The translations under genes were made by a program, and so were the position numbers. Positions 22,646-31,098 of a DNA stretch of 64,000 nt are shown here, piece after piece. How positions within the stretch are numbered: position 1 is the stretch's first letter; the number at the start of each line of letters is the position of its first letter. The notes beneath the pieces were generated by a model that saw nothing but the letters and a program-made list of their open reading frames with translations, searched no databases and was not told where the DNA came from. The DNA is from Actinomycetes bacterium (GTDB lineage Bacteria; Actinomycetota; Actinomycetes; Propionibacteriales; Propionibacteriaceae), in assembly GCA_023443125.1 (NCBI GenBank), contig JAEZVO010000028.1, positions 44 to 64,043 of the forward strand, given 5' to 3'.

Positions 22646-23754
22646 CTGAGCGCCACCACGGCCGAGACGTATGCGTCACGCATGTTGCCCGGAACGGTCA
22701 GATTGTGCTGAAACAACGGTTTCAGCTCTGATCCCGTGGCATATGCATCAACGTGGAGGCCGTCGACATCATGATCGCCAAATGCAACCATCAGATCTCC
22801 CCGTACTGACAACTGTGCAAGGCCTCTGTCGAGTTGCAGGGTTTCAACTTTCATCGAGGGTAGCCGAACAACGGACACGTGGCGATAGTCGGAAAGAGGA
22901 CGAACGCTGGGGTTCATCGCTGTGTGTGCGATGTACATTGTGCTGTCATCGCCGTTTGGCACCGGCGTCAGCCAATACGGTGATGCAGCGGAAAGCTCCG
23001 ATTGTTCCAGTGCCCCAGTATGCAGATTCAGCCGGTAGAGCTCCCTTGTTTCCTCATTTCGTTGTTCATCAAACGCACTCGTGAATATGGCGTACTCGCC
23101 CACGATAACGGGATTCTGCCAACCGAATGGAGGCACAGGGACCTCATGCTTCCACCGTTCATGCAGTGTCTCTGGGTCGAGGCGACGCGCGATGAATCTG
23201 CGCGGTGATCCATCACCGGAGTGCCAGTCACTCGCAATGTCCGTGAACAACACCACATCATGTTCGCTCACGCCGACCCCCGAGGTTCCTTCTTTCGCGA
23301 AGCGAGCCTCTGCGACGGTGGCGCCATCGAGCGAAAAACGAGCCACATGTGCCACATCGTCCACCGTATCCATAGTGACGACAGATCCTTCACCGGCTGC
23401 CCAACCAAAAATGCCGCGCGCATCAATGGGAACAGTACTGACCTTGCACAGTTGCGGATCGAACAAAACGATATGAGACTCGTCACGTCGCTGATTACCG
23501 GTGGCGACAGCGATCAGCGTATCCCCATCGCGTTCCATGCCCCGTGAAGGCTGCAAGCCCTTCACGGCAATGTCCTCCTCCCATAGCAGCTCTGTGTTGC
23601 GAAACATCTGCAACTTGGCATCACTCGACTCACTCGACCACAACACAGCATGCGTGGCATCATCCGGACACGATTGCGACATGCGCTGGTGGGAGCAGGC
23701 GCTCATCGCTACTCCCACCGATACGATCATGGCTGCAGCCACCACTTTGCGCAT
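22642..23754 (-). CDS. Putative lipoprotein (beta-rich; YycP-like position)
   Basis: Start re-placed at MRKVVAAAMIVSVGVAMSA-C lipobox, directly after the true stop of the upstream gene. Confidence 0.7.
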   Translation of the reverse strand: MRKVVAAAMIVSVGVAMSACSHQRMSQSCPDDATHAVLWSSESSDAKLQMFRNTELLWEEDIAVKGLQPSRGMERDGDTLIAVATGNQRRDESHIVLFDPQLCKVSTVPIDARGIFGWAAGEGSVVTMDTVDDVAHVARFSLDGATVAEARFAKEGTSGVGVSEHDVVLFTDIASDWHSGDGSPRRFIARRLDPETLHERWKHEVPVPPFGWQNPVIVGEYAIFTSAFDEQRNEETRELYRLNLHTGALEQSELSAASPYWLTPVPNGDDSTMYIAHTAMNPSVRPLSDYRHVSVVRLPSMKVETLQLDRGLAQLSVRGDLMVAFGDHDVDGLHVDAYATGSELKPLFQHNLTVPGNMRDAYVSAVVALR

Positions 23755-23759
23755 CAATA

Positions 23760-24388
23760 CTATTTCTTTCTCCATACAAGTTGCGTCTTGCTCGTGGTAA
23801 CAAGCTCCATGGGATGAATTGCTGGACCCCACGCAGCCGTATCAAGATCGATGTTGAAGTTATCTTTAAACGATGCCCAGACTAGCTGAGAACAGTAAAA
23901 CGTTTTCGCGTCTTCTTATTCAAGAAATTAAAGTTATATGGTTTTCCGTATTGCTTATTTGCCCAGTCGGCAGCCCGACCATCTTGAGCTCCTGACGTAA
24001 ATCTAACCGTAACCCCATACGCCTGCCCTTTACTACGGTACCAATCATTATTGCCACGCGTCACTCCAATATCAATTGATTCGACTACCTGAGTTGCATT
24101 CAGAATAATTCCGGCATGCCCCGTCGAAATAAGGTGCTTATATCTATCTGGAGTCACAAGAATCACCCCTTTCCTTCGAGGATACTTCCCATATGCCGTG
24201 TATGGTATCGGTTCTCCTATGCGTCCGGGGGAAGACTGGAACTTATCTGGTTCCACAGGAAGGTTATCGGCCATACGTATTTGTTCTGCCAATTCCTGAT
24301 CTGCCTGCCCGCTTTCTTCAGCATAAGCACTCACCCCGCCCAACAAGGTAAGGCCAAGCACCACGGTAAGTAGCCTCGTTGCCCTCAT
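23760..24388 (-). pseudogene. Secreted permuted papain-like NlpC/P60 enzyme (YiiX/YebB/YycO type), frameshifted
   Basis: Signal peptide, GHAGI, GKPYNFNF; adding one T at the T4 run near 23897 restores FYCSQLVWASF...IHPMEL to a stop at 23760. Confidence 0.85.
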
Positions 24389-24448
24389 ATTCGCTCCTCA
24401 CTGATGACGAATTACAGTACAGATCACCCTACGACTTGCAAAGCACGC

Positions 24449-24474
24449 CGACTACCTACTTTCGTAGGTAGTCG
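24449..24474. promoter_or_regulatory. Palindromic operator, copy 1
   Basis: CGACTACCTAC-tttc-GTAGGTAGTCG, 17 bp from a minus-strand TAGGGT -10-like hexamer. Confidence 0.65.
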
Positions 24475-24535
24475 CAAGGTCGCTGTGAGCTCTTGCACAG
24501 CAAGTGACGCCTCGATGCTCGATTCTCCGCCGAGC

Positions 24536-24620
24536 CCGGTGGTTGAACCGCCACGCCCGGTGTGGTTGAGTAGCGAGCGAAGCTCGCGTATCGAAACCTC
24601 ATCGCTGCGTCTCGATACAG
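24536..24620. repeat. REP-like palindromic repeat cluster
   Basis: gtggttgagtagcgagcgaagctcgcgtatcgaaacc consensus unit. Confidence 0.85.
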
Positions 24621-24631
24621 TGAGGATAGTG

Positions 24632-24993
24632 TGGATCGCCCCGGGCGTGGTGGATGGTTTGATCTAACCGAGAGGATAGGAACATGTCCGCACCGAGTCA
24701 GTATCCTGCAGAAGTCCGTGACCGCACTGTGCGCCTGGTCAACGAGAAGCTGATCAACGAACCCGCGCTGGGTGTGAGTACCGAGTGCCGATTGGTCGGT
24801 GAACAGGTTGGAATCAACGAGAGCACTCTTCGTAGTTGGATGAAGCAACATCATGTGGATTCCGGTAAAGCGCCAGGAATCACTAGCGATGACAAACAAT
24901 GCATCATGGACTTGGGAAAAGGATCTTCGAGAACGGCGTCGAGCTAATGAGATCCTGCGGAAAGCAAGTGCGTATTTTGCGCATGCGAAGTGA
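24632..24993 (+). mobile_element. IS3-family remnant (left end plus frameshifted orfA)
   Basis: TGGATCGCCCCGG end; YPAEVRDRTVRL...TLRSW and, after a frameshift, RRANEILRKASAYFA; no orfB. Confidence 0.85.
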
Positions 24994-25032
24994 AGCCGGG
25001 TCATTGTCAGATGGTCGGGAAGAGGAGAGTCT

Positions 25033-25674
25033 ATGCAGTCCACTGTGAACCCAGGTCGTCGTCGGTTCTTCGTCATCTGGTCGCTGGTGATGCCCGTCAT
25101 CATGGCGATCCCTGTTGGTGTGGGCTTTCTGTTCCCGCAGACTCGCTCGGCGGCGACGATTGTAGCGATCATGACGGCAATAGTGGTCGGCTTCATCTGT
25201 TACGGCGCGACCACCACACGGAGGCTATCCAAATGGGTGCTGGGTGTGCTGCTGACTATTACCGTGGTGCCGTTCTTCCTCGGTGCAGACTCGCTCGGCC
25301 CGAACCTGGCCCTAGAGAAAGCTGGTGAGCCCGTCGAGGTACGAGTGACCGAGATCGAGCGCGAAGAACGACGTCCGAGTGGCGACAATTCGAGCCCCAC
25401 CGTCACCTACACCTACTTTTTCGAGCGTCTAGACGGCGGTCCGGATCCCGGCGTCGTCGTGTACCGCGGTGACGGCGGCTACGACGGAGTGCACGAGGGC
25501 ACCACGACCACTCTGCTCGTCGACCCGACCGGTCATCTCGAGCCTCAATTGCTGAGTGAGGTTGACAGTTCGTCGTCGCTGGGAATGCTGGTCTTCGGCG
25601 TGATCGCGACCGGCGTGATCTGGGCTATTGGATGCCTCACTTACGGGCCCCGTGTACGCAGGATGAATAGGTAG
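25033..25674 (+). CDS. Hypothetical membrane protein
   Basis: Three N-terminal and one C-terminal hydrophobic helices; GAGGAG RBS. Confidence 0.75.
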   Translation: MQSTVNPGRRRFFVIWSLVMPVIMAIPVGVGFLFPQTRSAATIVAIMTAIVVGFICYGATTTRRLSKWVLGVLLTITVVPFFLGADSLGPNLALEKAGEPVEVRVTEIEREERRPSGDNSSPTVTYTYFFERLDGGPDPGVVVYRGDGGYDGVHEGTTTTLLVDPTGHLEPQLLSEVDSSSSLGMLVFGVIATGVIWAIGCLTYGPRVRRMNR

Positions 25675-25714
25675 CGCGGGCGTACCTCCACCCGGCGGTC
25701 GAGCAGCGGCCCAG

Positions 25715-25940
25715 CCCGGTGGTTGAGTAGCCGCCGGAGGCGGCGTATCGAAACCACCTTGCTGCGTCCCGATACGGCGACTACGTCCCCTACTCGACGA
25801 TCGGAGGAAAGGTCCACCCACCACCTCCGGGGGGTCGAACAACCACCGAACCCGGTGGTTGAGTAGCGAGCGCAGCTCGCGTATCGAAACCCCTCCCCAT
25901 CTCGATCCGGCGCCAACGTCGCTTACTCGACGATCGGCTG
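25715..25940. repeat. REP-like repeat cluster (alternating units)
   Basis: Two ccggtggttgagtagc...cgtatcgaaacc units, each followed by an inverted ...tactcgacgatcgg unit. Confidence 0.85.
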
Positions 25941-26049
25941 ACCCACCCCCAAGCCGCACACACTGCTACAATAACCTAAGAAGACAAGCTTAATCCTAGC
26001 GTCTCAACACGTTGCCCCCCTAGCAACACCGAAGTTCAAGAGGAGCATT

Positions 26050-26744
26050 ATGAAACGCATATTCCAGATATCTTATTTTTTGATTATTGCCATATTTTCA
26101 ATGGCTTTTTCCCCAGCTACCATCGCTGCCGCCAACGACAAAGTACCCGATGAGGCAGTTTCATACCTAAGAGACAGAGCATCGCAATTAGGAATACCAG
26201 CAGACACGGCAGAGATGCTCATTGCAAAAATTAAGCATGGTGAGCCATTGGATTCAGAACGAAACATTCCACCTGTAGAGGTCAGGCAAAGTACACCAAA
26301 GGATATCTCCTAACTCAATACGTTTATCCCGATGGGTCTATTAACTTCACCAGCATCCCACACCACACAGATAAAGGGCTCATCCCACACCCAGGAAATG
26401 ACAATATATCACCGTATTCAATTGCGAATTGCCAATATAAGACCAGCAGCTTCGCAAGAACGTGGAGCGGCTGCATAGCCTCTGGCGGAAACATCTACAT
26501 CACAATGTACTTTCGTTTCGACGCCCACCATGAACGAGGTCAATCCGCTAAAATAACACGATACTGGGATGAACAAGTCGAATCGTATCTTGGAGCAATC
26601 GGCCCGCTAGGATTTACCAGAGTGAGCCCGCAATCTGTATATTACAAAACAGCATGGACGTCTGCCGCCGGAGCTCCGAGTAAAATCTACACTCTGGTCG
26701 TTCAAATCTCATCAGCCGGTGAGCTTAGCAGTAAGTTTTACTAA
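26050..26744 (+). pseudogene. AT-rich secreted protein split by a frameshift near 26295
   Basis: GAGGAG RBS and signal peptide; a second frame continues GYLLTQYVYPDGSINF... without stop into ORF 26505..26744. Confidence 0.7.
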
Positions 26745-26757
26745 GAGGCACTGTAGA

Positions 26758-26913
26758 ATGTTGTATGATACTGGCTTCATGGCTCTGGAGGTAACTACAC
26801 TTGGACCGATGAATCCCTGGGGAGAAATTGGCTTTGCGATAGCATTTTTCGTTGGTGTGCTGTTTTGGGTAGCAGTGATCTACCTGGTTGTCAGGTATAT
26901 ACGGCGCCGATAG
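26758..26913 (+). CDS. Small single-TM protein
   Basis: Hydrophobic stretch ending RYIRRR; GGAGG upstream of an internal start. Confidence 0.5.
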   Translation: MLYDTGFMALEVTTLGPMNPWGEIGFAIAFFVGVLFWVAVIYLVVRYIRRR

Positions 26914-27134
26914 CCCCATTATGGTTTATCGGCTCTTCGCAGAAGGCAGTGGGTAGCTCTCATCGATGATGTTGGGGGCTGCGGGTGATGACGCCCAGAT
27001 CGGGCATGACACCGTGAGCTGGCGCCACGCCCCCGGTGGTTGAGTAGCCCGCCACGCCGCGTCTCGATACAGTCATGATGGTGGTGTTCTGGGGCTTGCG
27101 TTTGGCTGTTCTCGATACTGCCGGGTGTGGCATT

Positions 27135-28421
27135 CGGGACTGCCGAAGGTTTGGTTGATTCCAAGACCGCATGATTCCTGAGAGTGCGTCGTGCTGAAAG
27201 GATGGCAACCATGCCGAAGATCACCTACTCCGACGAGTTCAAGCGCGATGCGGTCGCGTTGGTTGAGTCGGGCGTCCTGCAGAAGTAGGTTGTCAAGGTC
27301 CTCGGTATCGTGAAGACCACGTTGCAGGTGTGGATCCGTGACGTGAGGTGCAAGTCCTACGCGATGATCCCGACCACGGACCTAGAGGCTGGCAAGGATA
27401 TGTCCCGGGCGCCGCGCGGGATTCGTGAGTTGGAGATGGAAAACGAGGTGCTGTGGGGCGCGGCGGCGTGCCTGTCGCAGGCTCACATTACGTCCCCAAA
27501 GTGATCTATCCGCTGGTGAAGGAGATGGCTGTGGTCGGTGTCCCGGTGAGGGTGCCGGTCGTGGTCGCGTGCCGGGTCTTGGGATTGTCCAAACAGGTCT
27601 ACTACAAGTGGCTAGGACAACCCGTGTCAGCCCGTGAGGTCGAGGATGGCGAGTTGATCGCCGTGCTGGGCGAACTTTCACGCCGATGATCCAGAAGGCG
27701 GCTACCGGGTGTTGGCCGATGACATTGCCGAGCTGGGTTAGACGGGTCTCGGAGCGCAGAGTGTGGCGGGGGTGCCGGGTCGCCGGCATCCAATCGGTGT
27801 TCACCAGGCGGAAGACTCGCTACAAGAAGGCCGGCGCACCGGTCCACGATGACCTGGTGCAGTGTCAGTGCACCGTTGAGGGGCCCAATGCGTTGTGGCT
27901 CACCGACATCACCGAGTATCGCACCCGCGAAGGGGAAGGTGTATCTGTGCGTGATGAACGATGTGTTCTCCAACCGGATCGTGGGCTACTGCATCGACAC
28001 CCAGATGACAGCCCGGATCGCCGTCAATGCACTCGAGATGGCCGTGACTCACCAAGGGCAGCCCGCCGGGGTGATCGTGCACTCGCAGCGCGGGTCCCAA
28101 TTCAGGTCGAGGAAATTCTGCAAGGCCCTCAACCGCTACGAGCTGCGCGGCACGATGGGCAGGGTCGGGGCGTGTGGTGACAACGCCGCGATGGAGTCGT
28201 TGTTCGCGCTACTGCACAACAACGTCCTCGACCGTCGATCCTGGGGCACACGAGAGGAACTGCGCCTGGCCATCGTGTCCTGGATCGAGGGCAAGTACCA
28301 CCGCAAACGCCGTCAACACCGACTCGGGAAACTCGCCCCCATCGAGTACGAACTCATCATCAACCCAGCCACCACACTAGCGGCACAAACCCGAAGATCA
28401 ACCAAACCTTCAGCAGACCCA
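27135..28421 (+). mobile_element. Degenerate full-length IS3-family element
   Basis: 25-bp imperfect terminal IRs (cgggactgccgaaggtttggttgat / atcaaccaaaccttcagcagaccca); orfA YSDEFKRDAV with a stop; rve fragments WLTDITE, DVFSNRIVG, CGDNAAMESLF. Confidence 0.92.
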
Positions 28422-28437
28422 ATAACTGTCAACTAGA

Positions 28438-28501
28438 TGGTTGAGTAGCGAGCGCAGCTCGCGTATCGAAACCCCTCCCCCATCTAGATCCGGCGCCAAC
28501 G
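28438..28501 (+). repeat. REP unit plus flank, near-identical to about 25857-25918
   Basis: tggttgagtagcgagcgcagctcgcgtatcgaaacccctcccc(c)atct(c/a)gatccggcgccaacg in both places. Confidence 0.85.
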
Positions 28502-28558
28502 AAGGAGTCTTGCAACCATCTGAAAATACAGAATCACCCTACAACTCACACGCCGTAC

Positions 28559-28584
28559 CGACTACCTACGTTCGTAGGTAGTCG
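28559..28584. promoter_or_regulatory. Palindromic operator, copy 2
   Basis: CGACTACCTAC-gttc-GTAGGTAGTCG with atcaccctac at the same 26-bp offset as copy 1. Confidence 0.65.
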
Positions 28585-28649
28585 CAATGTCCATGCCAGA
28601 TGCAGCCCACAGAGCAGCTACATCCGCTTCGAGACCGCGATCTCGTCGG

Positions 28650-29117
28650 TCACTCGCCAATGATCGCCAGCACCACTTTTGGCTCTCCCACAGCGAGCCA
28701 CGCTGTGGCGCGCCATGCGCCGTCCGAGAAGAATTGATCGAGCTGCTGCGAGGCCACGAACGGCTCCTCCGGAGCACGAGAACGAACCGCGCCATGGAGA
28801 TCATCTGGCAGCTCCATCTCATCAGCTGGGATAGCTCGCGCCGCTGCGATGGTGGCTTCATCAAGCTCGACCACAGCATCGATCCAGTACAGGGTTGGTC
28901 CGGGGACCCGGGAATCACCGAGCGTGCCGCTCGTCCAACTTGCGGCTGTAGCGCCTGCCAGTTTCGGTAAACGTCGTACGAGTGGTTCGAGATCGTCACG
29001 TAACACGCCATCGCCTTGCTTCTGCATGGTTTCCTCTTTCCTCGAAGGTGCGCAGCCCACCATTGTCAAGGCCCCGAGAATGATCCATCGACGAGGTAGC
29101 TTCGAGGGCATCCTCAA
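28650..29117 (-). CDS. Lipoprotein, probable immunity protein
   Basis: RRWIILGALTMVG-C lipobox; start overlaps the stop of the upstream toxin-like gene. Confidence 0.7.
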   Translation of the reverse strand: MRMPSKLPRRWIILGALTMVGCAPSRKEETMQKQGDGVLRDDLEPLVRRLPKLAGATAASWTSGTLGDSRVPGPTLYWIDAVVELDEATIAAARAIPADEMELPDDLHGAVRSRAPEEPFVASQQLDQFFSDGAWRATAWLAVGEPKVVLAIIGE

Positions 29118-30295
29118 CGCTCACTCTGCTTGGGCTCAACTATGTAATGTGGGGGCGGTGATCCTACAGGCCACGTGACAGTCCGGGTGACCGATCCACG
29201 CGAATCGAATCCTTTTGCCGAACCGATCGCCTGGAAACGCCCATTCTCGTCGTCCGGGGCACCGGTAGCAATGTCAGCTTGACCTTTGTTGAAGTTATAG
29301 TGGTCCTCTGCGTGAACCGTAATCTCCATTGTTACCATGCTGTCTTTAACCTGAACGTTGGCCGAACTCCACTGCTGGTATCCGCCAATGGTCTTCTGCC
29401 AATTCTCTGTCTCAGGATAGTGAGTTTGACGGTGGGCCTCACCACTTACCTGAAAGCTAGATTCTCCTTGTTGCGCCATCTGATCTACGGCTTGCGCAGC
29501 TCGTGCGATCTCGACTTCCACATTTGCCTTGATGCTGGAGTCTTCCCTTACCGCTTCCTCATAGTCGAAGTCGAAATCATCCCCCGAGTTCCCCCTGTAG
29601 TGGGAGTACGCATCGAGAGCATCATCAAGATCTGGACGGAGCAGTCGAGCGCCATGAAGCTTGGCACCCCATTCATGCCACTTTATCCAATCCTCTAGGG
29701 TGGGCTCTTCCGAACCTACTGGATAATCCTCATCCCATGGGATATCGGGACGAGCAGGAGGACCAGGGCGATAGCCATCAACTTCCGAAACCGATTCAGA
29801 GGGTCCACCCATTGGCATGGTGAAAGCTATCGCCGATAAGGCGCTATCGACTTCAATCGCATGTGTTCTATCAATACGCTGCAATTGCTCTCGAGTACAT
29901 CGGATAAGTTGCGCAGCCACCGCTGCGGTAAAAGGATTTGGAGCGGCGAGCATGGTCTTCAACTGCGTCTCCGCAATACTCGCAACGATAATCATCTGTT
30001 CTCGCGCCATCTTCGCGACATGCGCTGCAGAGGAAATAGTCGAGGCAGCAACTGATAGTTCGTTGGCAAGGGCATGAGTCACATGGGGCGTGGCATGTGG
30101 CTGGGAAAAGTAGTCTGCGAAAGCATCCACTCCTGGCCCCTGGTTTGCTGAAACGATTTCGGCACCTGCAGCTCGAGCTTGCTTAGAAACTTCTTGCACT
30201 TCGAAAGAGGCTCTTCTAAGCGACGACGCGGCGTCCTCCAAACCAAATGATGACTCCGGAAGTTCCTGCCCCGTAAGCGCCAACATTAGCCGCAT
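29114..30295 (-). CDS. WXG100-like type VII secretion polymorphic toxin with colicin M-like C-terminal motifs
   Basis: Ala-rich helical N-terminus with NQGPGVDAF turn, Pro-rich linker, C-terminal YSHYRGNSG...IGG...EDHYNFN...AKGF. Confidence 0.65.
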   Translation of the reverse strand: MRLMLALTGQELPESSFGLEDAASSLRRASFEVQEVSKQARAAGAEIVSANQGPGVDAFADYFSQPHATPHVTHALANELSVAASTISSAAHVAKMAREQMIIVASIAETQLKTMLAAPNPFTAAVAAQLIRCTREQLQRIDRTHAIEVDSALSAIAFTMPMGGPSESVSEVDGYRPGPPARPDIPWDEDYPVGSEEPTLEDWIKWHEWGAKLHGARLLRPDLDDALDAYSHYRGNSGDDFDFDYEEAVREDSSIKANVEVEIARAAQAVDQMAQQGESSFQVSGEAHRQTHYPETENWQKTIGGYQQWSSANVQVKDSMVTMEITVHAEDHYNFNKGQADIATGAPDDENGRFQAIGSAKGFDSRGSVTRTVTWPVGSPPPHYIVEPKQSER

Positions 30296-30603
30296 GAGAA
30301 GCTCCCCGCGATGAGTTCATTGCGCTGCTCGACCGCAGCGTAAGCAGCCGCGATTGCATCCATGTTCCCCGATTCCATTGCCGGCACAGCAGCGACAGCT
30401 GTCACGGCACGCCGTGCTTTACTCATCACGGCATTCAGACCAATCCGAGCCCGCCCATCGACAACCGTGCGACCATCCACCACACCGCTCTGCATCGAAG
30501 ATGGGACATCATTGAGCGCCTCTGCAGCAGCTTGCAGTGCGGATGCACCTGTTTGCCAGGATGTAGGTGAAAACATGACTTTCATGCCTGTCCTCGATTC
30601 CAT
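30286..30603 (-). CDS. Small WXG100-like helical partner protein
   Basis: About 100 aa, Ala-rich, C-terminal AAAYAAVEQRN (YxxxE export-type motif). Confidence 0.65.
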   Translation of the reverse strand: MESRTGMKVMFSPTSWQTGASALQAAAEALNDVPSSMQSGVVDGRTVVDGRARIGLNAVMSKARRAVTAVAAVPAMESGNMDAIAAAYAAVEQRNELIAGSFSCG

Positions 30604-30866
30604 TCTTTAAGGATTTCCTCCCACGCGCTCCGATCTGGTGCGTCAGGTAGGGTAGTTACGGCAGCCTCCATCTGTTCGAACATTGCAGCTTGCGCCTTGT
30701 TCAGAACTTCATTCAGCAAGTCTCTGATAGCTATCGAGGCAGGCTTTGCCTGATGAGCACCAAACAGCGAAGGCGCAATAAGCAATTCCTCGACTCGCCC
30801 ATCCACGAAGAACATCGAAACACGTTCATCACACGATTGAACCCAGAATGAATTTTGATGACTCAT
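30582..30866 (-). CDS. YbaB/EbfC-like (EspL-like) T7SS-associated small protein
   Basis: beta-beta-helix pattern (VSMFFVDGRVEELLI...AIRDLLNEVL); first gene of an overlapping four-gene module. Confidence 0.5.
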   Translation of the reverse strand: MSHQNSFWVQSCDERVSMFFVDGRVEELLIAPSLFGAHQAKPASIAIRDLLNEVLNKAQAAMFEQMEAAVTTLPDAPDRSAWEEILKEWNRGQA

Positions 30867-30949
30867 ACGAGGACTTCTTTCATCAACAGTTCACACTAAC
30901 TCTACAGGGGCTGGGAGCCACATGAGGCACTTTCCAGGTGGGAGTTGTT

Positions 30950-31098
30950 TCCGCAGCCCGCGTGCGGGCATATCGAAATCTCGACAACGCGCGCGTCTCG
31001 ATGGCTTGACAAACCATAAAACCATCGGTGACTACGTCGCCTACTCGACGATCGGTGGAAGGGGCCCGTCCACTGCCGCCGGTGGTTGAGCCGCGAGC
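30950..31098. repeat. REP-like repeat cluster at right edge of island
   Basis: gcatatcgaaatc, gactacgtcgcctactcgacgatcgg and ccggtggttgagccgc variants. Confidence 0.7.
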
